This document shows, piece after piece, positions 10,237 to 20,995 of a stretch of DNA of 64,000 bases. The stretch lies in assembly GCA_965197645.1 (NCBI GenBank), contig OZ240219.1:2752001-2816000 (forward strand), read 5' to 3'. A program made the translations under genes and the position numbers. The DNA is from Dehalococcoidia bacterium. Lineage in GTDB: Bacteria; Chloroflexota; Dehalococcoidia; Plut-88900. A model generated the notes under the pieces. It made no database searches. It was not told where the DNA came from and saw only the letters and a program-made list of their open reading frames with translations. Within the stretch, counting starts at the first letter, position 1, and every line of letters starts with the position of its first letter.

Positions 10237-10650
10237 CTACTCCGCCAGCCAGGGCATGAGCCAGCCGAACAGGCCCGCGAAAACCGCTCCGAGCCCGTAT
10301 GCTTCCCACCAATCTCTACGGGCCTCCCAAAGCAACGCCAGCACGAGGCCGTTGATGGTCAGGAGAAGAACAAGGATGGTGAAGGCCAGGTTCGGGCTGC
10401 CCAGACCGTCGGCGGGGAAAAGCTGGTTCGCTGCGAAGAGAAACAGTCCCAAGACTGCTCCCACCAGCCCCCAAACGGCGAATCCCATCACGGGCACCAG
10501 CAACCTGAGATTGGCCGGCATCGAGGGTCTGCTGAGGAAGGCCAGGCTTTTGAAAGTTCCCCGGCTGGAGTTGGAAAGCATGATGCCCCAGGCGCTGGTG
10601 AACAACGTCCCCATTACCAGACCGCAGGCTGCCCCGATGACAATCTCCAT
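10237..10650 (-). CDS. Hypothetical membrane protein (about 4 TM)
   Basis: Hydrophobic segments; co-directional with and just downstream of ispE. Confidence 0.65.
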   Translation of the reverse strand: MEIVIGAACGLVMGTLFTSAWGIMLSNSSRGTFKSLAFLSRPSMPANLRLLVPVMGFAVWGLVGAVLGLFLFAANQLFPADGLGSPNLAFTILVLLLTINGLVLALLWEARRDWWEAYGLGAVFAGLFGWLMPWLAE

Positions 10651-10658
10651 AGGCTTTT

Positions 10659-11543
10659 TCAGTCGGGGAGTTCCACCGAAGAATCACATCCCGTCGTCCT
10701 GGTGACGAAGGCATCGATCCCGTGGAGGGCCAGCGCCTCTTGCACGGCTCGGCCCTCCGCCTCGCTCTCCACGAAGGCGTAAATGCTGGGGCCTGACCCG
10801 GAGAGATGCACGGATTCGGCACCCGCTTCTAGAAACCGCTTCCGGTAGCGCTCCAGGCTGGGAAACACCTCGTACAGCACCGGTTCGAAGGCGTTGAACA
10901 GATGGCAAGGCTCGACCCCGCCACCTCTCTGCAGGATACCGGCAAGCTCCCGGGTGGCCTCGCCCGAGCTGTAGCTGTCAGCCGATAATTTCGAGTACAT
11001 CATGGCCGTCTTGTTCTCGATCTTCAGGGCCGGCGACACTAGGACCAGCCACCGCTCTTGCAATGCCGGCAGTTGGGTCAGCGCCTCGCCGCGTCCTTCC
11101 ACCAGGACGGTGCCGCCGAGTATGAAATAGGGTACGTCCGATCCCAGCCGGGCCCCAAGTCCCTGCAGCTCTTCTTGGGTGAGCCCCAAGTGCCACAGAG
11201 CGTTCAAGCCCCTCAGCACCGCCGCTGCGTCGCTGCTGCCTCCCCCCAACCCGGCGGCTTCCGGTATGGTCTTTTCCAAGGTAATCCGGGCGCCACAGTC
11301 AACCCCCGATTCCTTTCGCAGCAGCCGGGCGGCGCGCAGCGCCAGGTTGGAGTCGTTATCCAAGCCGGGAACATCGCAGGTGAAGGCCAGCTCCTTGGCT
11401 CGGGTGAGAGTAATCGTGTCGGAGAGGGCTACAGATTGGATCACCGAGGCTATGTCGTGATAGCCGTCGGAGCGTTTCCCCAGGACCTCCAGGGTGAGGT
11501 TGATCTTGGCGTGGGCTGGGACAGTCACCGAATGATACGACAT
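10659..11543 (-). CDS. ispE: 4-diphosphocytidyl-2-C-methyl-D-erythritol kinase
   Basis: AHAKINLTL, DGYH, IPEAAGLGGGSSDAA, LSGSGPS. Confidence 0.95.
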   Translation of the reverse strand: MSYHSVTVPAHAKINLTLEVLGKRSDGYHDIASVIQSVALSDTITLTRAKELAFTCDVPGLDNDSNLALRAARLLRKESGVDCGARITLEKTIPEAAGLGGGSSDAAAVLRGLNALWHLGLTQEELQGLGARLGSDVPYFILGGTVLVEGRGEALTQLPALQERWLVLVSPALKIENKTAMMYSKLSADSYSSGEATRELAGILQRGGGVEPCHLFNAFEPVLYEVFPSLERYRKRFLEAGAESVHLSGSGPSIYAFVESEAEGRAVQEALALHGIDAFVTRTTGCDSSVELPD

Positions 11544-12367
11544 AGGCTGTCCCACTCCTCGATGACGAGGGTGCCAGCCCTGCGCCGGCCATCTATGCCA
11601 ACCGCTTCCAGGGCCTCCTTGACCTCTTCGATGGGCATGCCGAGGCCGAGGGCCAAGGAGTTGTGAAGCTGTTTGCGGGGCGCAGTGAACCCGGCCCTAG
11701 CCACCCTGAAAAAGGCATCGATGTCCTTGACCATCGGCTCCCGGTACACGTCGATGGCCACCACGGCGGAACCGACCTTGGGTCTGGGTCGGAAGCTGGT
11801 CGGAGGCACCCGGCACACCACCGAGGGTCGGCCGTACACCTGGACGGCCACGCTCAATATGCTCCGCCGACCAGGCCCGGCCACGATGTTTCGGGCCACC
11901 TCTGCCTGTACCATGACAACCATCAGCGAGGGCTTGTTCTCCGCTTCCAGAAACAGGCGAATCGTAGGGCTGGCGATGTAGTAGGGGAGATTTGCCACCA
12001 CTTTGTAGCTGCTCCCCACTAGGCCTTGGATGTCCGTCTCCAGAACGTCGCCGTGAACGACGCTGACGTTGGAATAGCGGCCAAGCTTATCGCCGAGCAG
12101 GGACACCAGGGCCGGGTCCAGCTCTATGGCTGTCACCCTGCCGGCCCTTTCGGCGAGGGCCTGTGTCAAGGTGCCCGTGCCCGGTCCCACCTCCACGATG
12201 GTGTCTTGTGGTCCGATCTTCGCCGCATCCAGGATGCGAGCCAGTACCCTCTTGTCCTTCAGGGTGTACTGGCCGAGGGACTTGCGATGCCGAGGTCTTG
12301 GTTTGGCCGGGAGGCCATTGCCGTCGGGTGCCTGCTTGTCCTGCCGGGCCGATAGGGTGGGAATCAG
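11525..12367 (-). CDS. rsmA: 16S rRNA dimethyladenosine transferase (start approximate)
   Basis: KSLGQ, VEVGPGTG, VANLPYYI, FRPRPKV; longer ORF overlaps the upstream gene, so start set near CTG 12367. Confidence 0.92.
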   Translation of the reverse strand: MIPTLSARQDKQAPDGNGLPAKPRPRHRKSLGQYTLKDKRVLARILDAAKIGPQDTIVEVGPGTGTLTQALAERAGRVTAIELDPALVSLLGDKLGRYSNVSVVHGDVLETDIQGLVGSSYKVVANLPYYIASPTIRLFLEAENKPSLMVVMVQAEVARNIVAGPGRRSILSVAVQVYGRPSVVCRVPPTSFRPRPKVGSAVVAIDVYREPMVKDIDAFFRVARAGFTAPRKQLHNSLALGLGMPIEEVKEALEAVGIDGRRRAGTLVIEEWDSLCRIIR

Positions 12368-12381
12368 GTCCTCTCCACGGC

Positions 12382-13224
12382 TCAGAGCTTGAGCACCTTC
12401 TTGGCGTTGTCCAGCAGAATGCCCGGGCGGGCCTCCTCCCATATCGGCGAAGCCTCGAAGTCTCTGAGCCAGCGCTCGGGAGTGAGGGCCGGGTAGTCGG
12501 AGCCGAACATCACCTTGTGCTTGAGCAGGGTGCTGGCGTACTGGATGAGGTTGGGGGAGAAATACTTGGGGGACCAACCGGAGATATCCATGTAGACGTT
12601 GGGCTTATGGACCAGCACGGCCAGCTGCTCGTCCTGCCAGGGAAAGGCGGGATGGGCCATGATGATGGTGAGGTCGGGAAAATCCGCGGCCACGTCGTCG
12701 ATGTAAGGGATCGGCTTGGTGTACTTGAGACGTATGCCTCCGCCGCCCGGCAGCCCCGCCCCTACTCCCGTGGTGCCGGTGTGGAACATGGCGATCAGGT
12801 CCAGCTCCACCATCTTCTCGTAGATAGGGTAGAAGCGATGTTCGTTGGGATAGAACTCCTGGGTCATGGGCAGGAACTTGATGCCCCGCATGCCCAGCTC
12901 CTTGGCCGCTCTCTCCACCTCCTTCACCGCCATCTTTCCCCGCCACGGGTCCACGCACCCGAACGCGATGAATGTATCGGGATAGTTGTGGGCGAAGCTG
13001 GCGACCCAGTCGTTGCTGTCGCCGCCCTCGCCCTGGGCGCTCTGAGAGTCTTCGGCCAGGACCACAGCCATCATGTCCAGCTTCTGATAGTACTCAGCCA
13101 GCTCCTCCTGGGTCTCGATCTCATCCGGAGACTTGAAGTACTCGGCCATCGCCTTGCTGAACCTGCTCTCCGGGGCGCCGGGCTGTTTGGGTGGGTGAAT
13201 GTGGATATCAATGGCTTTGGGCAC
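12382..13224 (-). CDS. Amidohydrolase family (Amidohydro_2) protein
   Basis: IDIHIH, FHTG, MAHP, FGSDYP; GTG start 13224 with AGGAG RBS. Confidence 0.88.
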   Translation of the reverse strand: MPKAIDIHIHPPKQPGAPESRFSKAMAEYFKSPDEIETQEELAEYYQKLDMMAVVLAEDSQSAQGEGGDSNDWVASFAHNYPDTFIAFGCVDPWRGKMAVKEVERAAKELGMRGIKFLPMTQEFYPNEHRFYPIYEKMVELDLIAMFHTGTTGVGAGLPGGGGIRLKYTKPIPYIDDVAADFPDLTIIMAHPAFPWQDEQLAVLVHKPNVYMDISGWSPKYFSPNLIQYASTLLKHKVMFGSDYPALTPERWLRDFEASPIWEEARPGILLDNAKKVLKL

Positions 13225-13247
13225 AGGACTCTCCTGGCGATAGATTC

Positions 13248-13517
13248 GGCCGTGCACCCCCCATCGACACTACACTATGACTTGCCACTCGGCGATGAGC
13301 TCCGGCCAGGCTCCCCTACGTCACCCAGAATGGACTACTTACCGCTGCTTCCTTCCGGACCTGACGGGGTTTGCGGTATTCTGCCGCGCAGGACCCGACC
13401 TTCAACACCCCTCGATCAAGTGCAACACCATAGAAATAGAAGCCTCAAGGGGGAGTTCGGTCCCGCTGTAGCGGATTGCGGGTTCAGGGCACCGCTAGCT
13501 CCCCACCTAGCACGACC
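13248..13517 (-). ncRNA. ffs: Large (Alu-domain-containing) bacterial signal recognition particle RNA
   Basis: Minus strand has TCAGGTCCGGAAGGAAGCAGC domain IV, 5' GGTCGTGCTAGGTGGGGAGCTAGCGGTGCCCTG Alu-like region and a complementary 3' end GTGCACGGCC. Confidence 0.93.
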
Positions 13518-13524
13518 ACTATCG

Positions 13525-13553
13525 ATGGTAGACCAGCTACGTAGCCTTGTCAA
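13525..13553 (-). promoter_or_regulatory. Sigma70-type promoter for SRP RNA
   Basis: TTGACA-17 nt-TACCAT directly upstream of the SRP RNA 5' end. Confidence 0.7.
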
Positions 13554-13821
13554 CGTAACCGAGGCCCGCTCATCGTCCCGTCCGATTGACCCTCGTCCGT
13601 AGCCTATGTTAGGATTACGCACGGAAAAGCGAGTGTGCTATACGGCTTGTGGACCGGCGATCCGTTAGCATTTTTTGATTAATTTCTTCGTCCCTTGTTC
13701 CCTTCCACAAGCATTCCAGCGCCCGCCCTTTCGGTACTGTCCTATCGGCCTCTTTGCGTCAAGTAGGTCGGGGGCGTAACGCCGCTCGCTTTCCCGAAAT
13801 ACTGGGAAGTGTTGGCAGGCG

Positions 13822-14892
13822 ATGAGAGGCAGCTTGGCAGCCCGCCTGGGCGGGATGGTCATACTCGGGCTGGTGGGGTTCGGCGTAGGGATGTCGGTCA
13901 AAGACATCCGCGTAGCCGAGCCATATGACCCGTGGATCATCCTCGGCTCCAGCCTCTTCGGCACGCTGACCGGATTTCTATTCACTCCCTACACCTTCAT
14001 TCCCCTGTTCAAATGGGCCATCAGGGAGATGATAGCCCTGCCCATCCGGAGCCTGATCGCTGCTGTGGGGGGGCTAGTGATCGGTCTCGTACTCTCGATT
14101 CTGGTCCTCTTCGCCTTCTCCGTGACCGATCTGCCGGACCCGTGGGACAAGATCGTGCCGGTCCTCGTCAGCGTTCCCGTGGCGTTTCTGGGAGTCATGG
14201 TCGCCGTGCTGAGAGAAAAGGAACTTCTGGGCCTTATCTCGCTTCGTCAGGAGACGCTGGCGGGTGTCCCCGGATCCGCCGGCATGGGTGTCGGCCGAAA
14301 CGGGGCCGGTATTCTCATCGATACCAGTGCCATCATCGACGGGCGGATCGCCGATATCACCCACACCGGATTCGTGAATCGGGACCTGGTAATCCCCCGG
14401 TTCGTGCTGGACGAGCTGCAGTACGTGGCGGACTCATCCGATTCGCTCCGCCGAAGCAAGGGGCGCAGGGGACTGGATGTACTCAACCGGCTCCGCAAGG
14501 ACGAAGCGGTAAGCGTGGAGATACTGGACGTTGAGGTCAAGGACGTCAACGGCGTCGATGGCAAGCTGGTGACCTTGGCCAAGCGCTCCGACTATTCTAT
14601 CCTCACCACCGACTTCAATCTGAACAAGGTGGCAGAGCTTCAGGGTGTAGAGGTGCTGAACATCAACGAGCTGGTCAACTCCTTGAAGCCCGCACTCCTC
14701 CCCGGGGAAGAGCTGTCCATCCAGATCACCCAGGAGGGCAAGGAGGAGGGCCAGGGTGTTGGATACCTGGACGATGGCACGATGATCGTCGTCGAGGGCG
14801 GGCGGGACTACCTGGAGACCCAGCAAACCGTGGTGATCACCCGCGTGCTCCAGACCAGCGCCGGCCGGATCATATTCGCTCACCTGAAGTAG
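13822..14892 (+). CDS. Membrane-anchored PIN/TRAM domain protein (YacL-like)
   Basis: N-terminal TMs; IDTSAIIDGRI, TTDFNLNKVA, GKEEGQGVGYLDDGTMIVVE; conserved position before ispD. Confidence 0.92.
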   Translation: MRGSLAARLGGMVILGLVGFGVGMSVKDIRVAEPYDPWIILGSSLFGTLTGFLFTPYTFIPLFKWAIREMIALPIRSLIAAVGGLVIGLVLSILVLFAFSVTDLPDPWDKIVPVLVSVPVAFLGVMVAVLREKELLGLISLRQETLAGVPGSAGMGVGRNGAGILIDTSAIIDGRIADITHTGFVNRDLVIPRFVLDELQYVADSSDSLRRSKGRRGLDVLNRLRKDEAVSVEILDVEVKDVNGVDGKLVTLAKRSDYSILTTDFNLNKVAELQGVEVLNINELVNSLKPALLPGEELSIQITQEGKEEGQGVGYLDDGTMIVVEGGRDYLETQQTVVITRVLQTSAGRIIFAHLK

Positions 14893-14898
14893 GACGCT

Positions 14899-15603
14899 TT
14901 GTCACGCTCCACTACTCCCGAACACGAGCCCGCAGGCGCGGTGATACTGGCAGCCGGTGCCAGCCGGAGAATGGGCGGCCTGGACAAGACCTTCGCCTCT
15001 CTAGCCGGAAAACCGCTCGTACAGCACTCGCTGGACATTTTCCTGGCCTGCAGCGCCGTGGACCGGATAGCGCTGGTATGCTCCCAGGCCAACTTACAGA
15101 GCTGCAAAAAGCTGCTCGAAGGTGGCGGTTACTCCCGAAAGGTCTCCATCTGCGAGGGCGGGGCAAGGCGACAGGACTCCGTAGCGAATGGGCTGGCCGT
15201 CCTGCAGGGTTGTCAGTGGGTGGCGGTACACGATGGAGCAAGGCCATGCCTGCGCCCGGAAACGTTGGAGCAAGGCCTACGCCACGCCCTTGAACACGGC
15301 AGCGCTGTCGCTGCGGTGCCCGTCACCGATACCATCAAGGTTGCCGACAGCGAAGGCAGGGTGGTCGACACTCCGCCCCGGCAGGACCTGTGGGCCGTCC
15401 AGACTCCCCAGATCTTTCGCTATGACGAGCTGGTCGAAGCTTATGAGCGGATCGAAGAGGACGTGACCGACGACGCCTCCCTAATCGAGCGGGCCGGCGG
15501 GACCGTTTCCCTCTACCGGGGATCCTACGACAACATCAAGGTGACCGGCCCCCTGGATATAGAAATTGCAGAGCTGATTCTCAGGAGCAGGCCATGCCGA
15601 TAG
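14899..15603 (+). CDS. ispD: 2-C-methyl-D-erythritol 4-phosphate cytidylyltransferase
   Basis: LAAGASRRMG, GGARRQDSV, VHDGARP, VQTPQ, NIKVT. Confidence 0.95.
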   Translation: MSRSTTPEHEPAGAVILAAGASRRMGGLDKTFASLAGKPLVQHSLDIFLACSAVDRIALVCSQANLQSCKKLLEGGGYSRKVSICEGGARRQDSVANGLAVLQGCQWVAVHDGARPCLRPETLEQGLRHALEHGSAVAAVPVTDTIKVADSEGRVVDTPPRQDLWAVQTPQIFRYDELVEAYERIEEDVTDDASLIERAGGTVSLYRGSYDNIKVTGPLDIEIAELILRSRPCR

Positions 15604-16070
15604 GAATAGGATACGACGTGCACCCCCTGGCCGACGGCCGCAAGCTGGTTCTGGGCGGTGTGGACATCCCCTTCGATAAGGGACTCGAGGGGCACAGCGA
15701 CGGCGACGTGCTGGTCCACGCGGTGATCGATGCCCTGCTGGGCGCCGCGGGCAAGGGCGACATTGGGACGCACTTCCCTTCCACGGAGTCTCAGTACAAA
15801 GGTGCCTCCAGCCTCCACCTGCTGACCAGGGTACGGTGGGAGCAGCTGGGCCCCGAATGGCAGATAGGCAATGTGGATGCTACAATAGTCGCCCAAGAAC
15901 CCAGGCTGGCCCCTTTCGCCAACCGCATGAAATCGCTGCTGGCGCGGGCATTGGAGGTAGCCGAGGGCAAGGTCAACGTGAAGGCTACCTCCACCGACGG
16001 TCTGGGTTTCGCCGGCACCGGAGAAGGAATCGCCGCCTACGCCATAGCGCTCATCGAGGAGAGTGCATGA
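15594..16070 (+). CDS. ispF: 2-C-methyl-D-erythritol 2,4-cyclodiphosphate synthase
   Basis: GIGYDVH, GHSDGDV, DIGTHFP. Confidence 0.96.
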   Translation: MPIGIGYDVHPLADGRKLVLGGVDIPFDKGLEGHSDGDVLVHAVIDALLGAAGKGDIGTHFPSTESQYKGASSLHLLTRVRWEQLGPEWQIGNVDATIVAQEPRLAPFANRMKSLLARALEVAEGKVNVKATSTDGLGFAGTGEGIAAYAIALIEESA

Positions 16071-17533
16071 AGCTCTACGATACCCTGCGTCGATCCAAAG
16101 AGGAGTTCGTTCCCCAGCACGAACCCATCCAGATGTACGTTTGTGGCGTCACTCCCTACGCCGACTGCCACGTTGGCCACGGCATGAGCTACATCACCTT
16201 CGACGTGCTGCGCCGCTACCTCGAGTGGCAGGGCTACAAGGTGCTCCACGTCCAGAACTTCACCGACGTCGACGATAAGATCATCCAGCGGGCTTCCGAT
16301 AACGGCAGAGACCCCAAGGAGCTGGCCGAGGATCTGATCCAAGAGTATTTCGACGATATGGACTCGCTGAACGTGCAGAGGAGCCACGTCTATCCCCGCG
16401 CCACGGAAGAGGTAGACGGCATCATAAACATGGTAAGCGGCCTGGTGGAAAAGGGCTTCGCCTACCCGATAGATGGGGACGTCTACTACCGTGTACAGAC
16501 GAAGGACGACTACGGCAAGCTGGGCCACCGTTCGCTGGACGGCATGATGTCCGGCTCCCGGGTGGAGATAGACCCCCGCAAAGAGCACCCCATGGATTTC
16601 GCCCTCTGGAAGGCGGCCAAGCCCGGCGAGCCCTCCTGGGACAGCCCGTGGGGAGCGGGTCGGCCGGGGTGGCACATGGAGTGCAGCGCCATGTCGCTCA
16701 GGTACCTGGGCGAGACCCTGGATATACACGGCGGCGGCCAGGACCTCATCTTCCCCCACCATGAGAACGAGATCGCCCAGACCGAGGCCTACACCGGGGT
16801 GAAGCCCTTCGTCAACTTCTGGCTCCATCACGGCCTGCTCCGGCTGGGTGAAGAGAAGATGAGCAAATCGTTGGGCAACCTGGTCACGATCAAGGAGGTG
16901 CTGGCCGAGTACAGTGCCGACGCCCTGCGCCTATTCGTCCTCGGGTCTCACTACCGGAGCCCGCTGACTTACAGTGACGAAGCCCTGGCTGCGGCCCATC
17001 GCGGCGCGACACGCCTGAGGACCGCCTCCCAAGTGGAAAGCACCTCGGATCAGGCTCTTTCGAGCCTGGAACTGGCCCCCTTCAGGGCGCGCTTCACCGA
17101 GGCGATGGACGACGATCTCAATACCGCTCAAGCCGTCGCCGCTCTATTCGAGCTGGCCACCGAGATCAACCGGGGCGCCGACGAAGGGCGCAACGTAGAC
17201 GATGCCGTGGCCCTGCTGAAGGAGCTGACCGGCGTGCTGGGTTTGACCCTCACGGAATCAAAGACCGGCCTCACCCTGGACTCCGCTCCCTTCCAGTCCC
17301 TTCTCGACTTGTTGAACGGCGAGCTGCAACAATCGGGCCTCACCGATCTGGCCGCCGGACCCGATAGCGCTGACTCCGAAGTCGCCCCCATAATCGATCA
17401 GCTCGTCCTCGTCCGGGCTGGGTTGAGGAAGGCGAAGAGGTTTGACCTGGCGGACAAGGTGCGAGACGACCTGAGCGAGCTGGGCGTGACTTTGGAGGAC
17501 TCGGCGCAGGGGACCACCTGGAAGCAACGCTAG
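16067..17533 (+). CDS. cysS: Cysteine--tRNA ligase
   Basis: [30 protein letters not shown]; ATG 16067 overlaps ispF stop. Confidence 0.97.
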   Translation: MKLYDTLRRSKEEFVPQHEPIQMYVCGVTPYADCHVGHGMSYITFDVLRRYLEWQGYKVLHVQNFTDVDDKIIQRASDNGRDPKELAEDLIQEYFDDMDSLNVQRSHVYPRATEEVDGIINMVSGLVEKGFAYPIDGDVYYRVQTKDDYGKLGHRSLDGMMSGSRVEIDPRKEHPMDFALWKAAKPGEPSWDSPWGAGRPGWHMECSAMSLRYLGETLDIHGGGQDLIFPHHENEIAQTEAYTGVKPFVNFWLHHGLLRLGEEKMSKSLGNLVTIKEVLAEYSADALRLFVLGSHYRSPLTYSDEALAAAHRGATRLRTASQVESTSDQALSSLELAPFRARFTEAMDDDLNTAQAVAALFELATEINRGADEGRNVDDAVALLKELTGVLGLTLTESKTGLTLDSAPFQSLLDLLNGELQQSGLTDLAAGPDSADSEVAPIIDQLVLVRAGLRKAKRFDLADKVRDDLSELGVTLEDSAQGTTWKQR

Positions 17534-17534
17534 C

Positions 17535-18362
17535 TCAGCCCCCTCTTGCTATCACTCTAGACCCGACAGACGCCCCCGTCTGCTTGGCCGCACTGCCGTT
17601 GCTTTCGGCTACCTCCAGATAGCCGCTGCTGCCGATCAGGAGCAACAGCCCCTGTCTCTGTTGGTATGACGAGCTAATCCCCTCAATCGTGTTCCCCGCC
17701 ACCTCCAGCAGTACACCGGCTCCCGGCAGGTTCTCTGTTCGCAGGTTGGTGATCAGGTTCCCGAAGGAGTCGACGTGGATGACCTCGCCCCGAACGGACC
17801 CATCATCAGTGTGTAGGGGCGCCGGCCTGGGGAAGACCGTTACCGACGCCACAGGCTCTCCCAGGGCCTCCAGTGGAGCGTCCATCGATAGGTGGGCTGC
17901 CACCGGAGAGAAGATATCCCGACCGTGAAAGGTGTCGCTCACCTCCGGGCGCCAGAACTCGCTGTTGGTGAGAGATACGGCGCGAAACCCATGGGGAATG
18001 GGGCGCCGTAGGACCTGGAGAGATGGAGCCGGATCGCTGCCCTGCATCGCGTCCGCCAGGACGTAGCTGAGCACGCCGTTATCGGGTGCAACGAAGGTGT
18101 ATCCCGAACCGTTCATGGCCAGGCCCTTACGGTCCGTACCCACCCCGGGATCCACCACTACGAGGTGGATGGCGCCGGCGGGGAAGTATCGGTACGTGGT
18201 CCCGAGCACGAAGGCCGCCTCCCTGACGTCCTGGGACGCTATGCTGTGGGAGATGTCGATCAGGGTGGCGTTGGGGTTTATGTCAAGGATAACCCCCTTC
18301 ATGGCGCCGACGTAGCCGTCTTTCAGGCCGAAGTCGGTGGTGAGGGTTATCACCGGGGCCAT
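17535..18362 (-). CDS. SAM hydroxide adenosyltransferase / chlorinase-fluorinase family (DUF62)
   Basis: TLTTDFG, VVDPGVGT, TFHGRDIF, DSFGNLITN. Confidence 0.92.
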   Translation of the reverse strand: MAPVITLTTDFGLKDGYVGAMKGVILDINPNATLIDISHSIASQDVREAAFVLGTTYRYFPAGAIHLVVVDPGVGTDRKGLAMNGSGYTFVAPDNGVLSYVLADAMQGSDPAPSLQVLRRPIPHGFRAVSLTNSEFWRPEVSDTFHGRDIFSPVAAHLSMDAPLEALGEPVASVTVFPRPAPLHTDDGSVRGEVIHVDSFGNLITNLRTENLPGAGVLLEVAGNTIEGISSSYQQRQGLLLLIGSSGYLEVAESNGSAAKQTGASVGSRVIARGG

Positions 18363-18403
18363 CGGGCTACATCCAGACTACGTGGGGGGGTGGGCGAGGG
18401 AGG

Positions 18404-18619
18404 TCAGCCGAACCGTACGCTCAGTGAAGAGATGAGGATGAACGCGACAACCAGAACTATAGTGGCCTGGAAAAGGGTCTTGTCCAGCCCTCGGCGGGTC
18501 CGGAAGCCGGTGCTGCTTCCGCCGAACACGTTGCCCATGCCCTGGCCTTTCACCTGCAGTAGTATCACGCTTATCAAGATAACCGAGATCAGAACCTGAA
18601 TGACGTTGAGTAAAGACAA
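18404..18619 (-). CDS. secG: Preprotein translocase subunit SecG
   Basis: Two TMs, ILLQ.KG.G.G..FGG...RTRRG. Confidence 0.9.
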   Translation of the reverse strand: MSLLNVIQVLISVILISVILLQVKGQGMGNVFGGSSTGFRTRRGLDKTLFQATIVLVVAFILISSLSVRFG

Positions 18620-18637
18620 CTTCTCTTGCTTCTCTCC

Positions 18638-20134
18638 CTATCCCGTTGATTGCAACTGCTCTCTCAGCAATGTGTTGACCACTCCCGGATTCGCACTGCC
18701 CCTGGTGGCTTTCATCACCTGCCCCACCAGGAACCCCAGCGCCTGTTTCTTGCCACCGGCGAAATCGGCAACCGCATCCGGGTTCTCCTCGATCGCCTGG
18801 GCGACTATGCGGCTGAGCTCGTCGGAGTCCGAGATCTGGGCCAGTCCCTTTTCCCCTACTATATCAGCCGCGGCCCTGCCGGTCCGGAACATCTCTTCGA
18901 AGACGTCCTTGGCCATCTTGCCGGAAAGGGTCCCGTCGTCGATTAAGTCCAGCATCTTGGACAGGTTTTCGGGAGTTACCTTGGAACCAGTGATCTCCAT
19001 CCCTTCGGCGTTGAGCAGCCGGGAGAAGTCTCCCAGGAGCCATGTGCTGACAGCCCTGGCACGCTTTGCGTCGCCATCGGATACGGCCACACACTCCTCG
19101 AGGTAATCGGCCATCGGCTTAGCGACAATCAGGATGCCGGCGTCGATGGGGGGCAGGTCGTAATCGGAAACGAACCGCTCCTTACGGGCATCGGGAAGCT
19201 CCGGAAGGCGGGTTCTGATCCCCTCCACCCACTCTCTGCCGACGACCATCGGCGGGAGGTCCGGCTCGGGAAAGTATCGGTAGTCATGGGCGTGTTCCTT
19301 GCTTCGTTGAGATACCGTGACGCCCTTTTCCTCAACCCAGCCCCGGGTCTCCTGGGGTATGCGCTCGCCTTCTCTGAGGAGACGTTCCTGCCGTTCGACC
19401 TCGTAGCTCAGGGCTCGATACACGGCCCGAAAGCTATTCATGTTCTTCACTTCCACCTTGCCGCCCAGCTCCCTGGAACCCCTGGGACGCAGACTGACGT
19501 TGGCATCGCAGCGGAAGCTCCCCTCCTCCATGTTGCCGGTGGAAACCCCCAGATACTGGAGGATGGTACGCAGCTTGACCAGGTACAGACGGGCGTCCTC
19601 GGGCGATCTGAGGTCCGGCTCTCCGACGATCTCCATCAGGGGCATGCCGGACCGGTTGACGTCGACTTGAGAGTAGGGTTCCGATCCATCGCCGTTCTGA
19701 TGCACCAACCGGGCCGTATCCTCTTCCAGGTGGACGCGGGTGATGCCTATCTTCTTGGACTCGCCGTCGGACTGGATCATGAGCCAGCCATTGGTGCAGA
19801 AAGGCTGATCGTACTGGGATATCTGATACCCCTTCATCAGGTCCGGGTAGGGGTAGTTCTTCCGATCGAACTTGGTGAACTCAGCTATATCGCAGTTGAG
19901 GGCCAGGCCGGTCATGATGGTGTAGTCGACGGCCTGCTTGTTGATGACGGGCAGGACACCCGGCATGCCCAGGCACACGGGACAGACGTGGCTGTTGGGA
20001 GGCGAGCTCGAGTAATCGGCGCTGCAGGCGCAGAACATCTTGCTTCGAGTCACCAGCTGGGCGTGCACCTCCAGCCCGACAACTGTTTCGTAGTCGACGG
20101 AGCCTTCGGTCCGGGCAGCCTGCGGCGTGGTCAT
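18638..20134 (-). CDS. gatB: Asp/Glu-tRNA amidotransferase subunit B
   Basis: [43 protein letters not shown]. Confidence 0.97.
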   Translation of the reverse strand: MTTPQAARTEGSVDYETVVGLEVHAQLVTRSKMFCACSADYSSSPPNSHVCPVCLGMPGVLPVINKQAVDYTIMTGLALNCDIAEFTKFDRKNYPYPDLMKGYQISQYDQPFCTNGWLMIQSDGESKKIGITRVHLEEDTARLVHQNGDGSEPYSQVDVNRSGMPLMEIVGEPDLRSPEDARLYLVKLRTILQYLGVSTGNMEEGSFRCDANVSLRPRGSRELGGKVEVKNMNSFRAVYRALSYEVERQERLLREGERIPQETRGWVEEKGVTVSQRSKEHAHDYRYFPEPDLPPMVVGREWVEGIRTRLPELPDARKERFVSDYDLPPIDAGILIVAKPMADYLEECVAVSDGDAKRARAVSTWLLGDFSRLLNAEGMEITGSKVTPENLSKMLDLIDDGTLSGKMAKDVFEEMFRTGRAAADIVGEKGLAQISDSDELSRIVAQAIEENPDAVADFAGGKKQALGFLVGQVMKATRGSANPGVVNTLLREQLQSTG

Positions 20135-20205
20135 GGCTGGCAATCAGTATAGCACCGGCGTTTAAGGGCGACAATGACAACGCTCATTCAGACCAATCAG
20201 AACGG

Positions 20206-20865
20206 TCACTCAGACCACGCCCCCTCGCCGATGAGGGGCACAAACCGGCAGGGGCCAAGGCTGAAGGCCTTGACGCCGCCTCCCCTCTTCACTATCAGCT
20301 TCAGGTCCTGCTCCTCCCGAGTGCCGACGGGCACGACCATGCACCCTCCCTCGGCCAGCTGTTCCATAAGGGACTCCGGTACAGCGGGCGCCGCCGCCGA
20401 TACCACAACGGCATCGTAAGGACCGTATTCGGGGCAACCCAGGACTTGACCGGCAACCTCTACCCTGACGTTTATACAGCCCATGTCTTCGATAACCCTG
20501 GCCGCCCTTTCGGCGTGCTCAGGGACCCGCTCTACACTCACCACCCGGCGAGCCAGCTGCGAAAGCAGAACCGCCTGGTAGCCACTGCCCGTGCCCACCT
20601 CCAGGACTGTCTCCGCGCCCATCAGGCCCAGCGCTTCCAGGGTAGCTGCCACCACGTAGGGCTGGGAGATGGTCTGGCCGTGGCCGATGGGAAGGGGAAT
20701 GTTTTCGTACGCGGCATCTCGCAGATGGGAGGGTACGAACGCCTCTCGGGGTGTCCGAGCGATGGCGGCCAGTACCTGCTCATCCCTGATCGACCGCCGC
20801 AACTCACCGAGGAGCTTTTGAACGGCGCCGGGCTGAAAGACGGTGGGCACCGTTTTTCGGGCCAT
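20206..20865 (-). CDS. pcm: Protein-L-isoaspartate O-methyltransferase
   Basis: LPIGHGQTISQP, LEVGTGSGYQA, CRFVPLIG. Confidence 0.93.
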   Translation of the reverse strand: MARKTVPTVFQPGAVQKLLGELRRSIRDEQVLAAIARTPREAFVPSHLRDAAYENIPLPIGHGQTISQPYVVAATLEALGLMGAETVLEVGTGSGYQAVLLSQLARRVVSVERVPEHAERAARVIEDMGCINVRVEVAGQVLGCPEYGPYDAVVVSAAAPAVPESLMEQLAEGGCMVVPVGTREEQDLKLIVKRGGGVKAFSLGPCRFVPLIGEGAWSE

Positions 20866-20995
20866 CACTGGTCCCCTTTCGAGTTCATGGTAGCAGATGG
20901 CACAGGGCCCAACAACCGAGTTTTCATCGCCGCAAAGGGTACGCAACCGCCAATGCTATAATGGACTCGTCCATCTTGAACGCCAGGATTCCGCA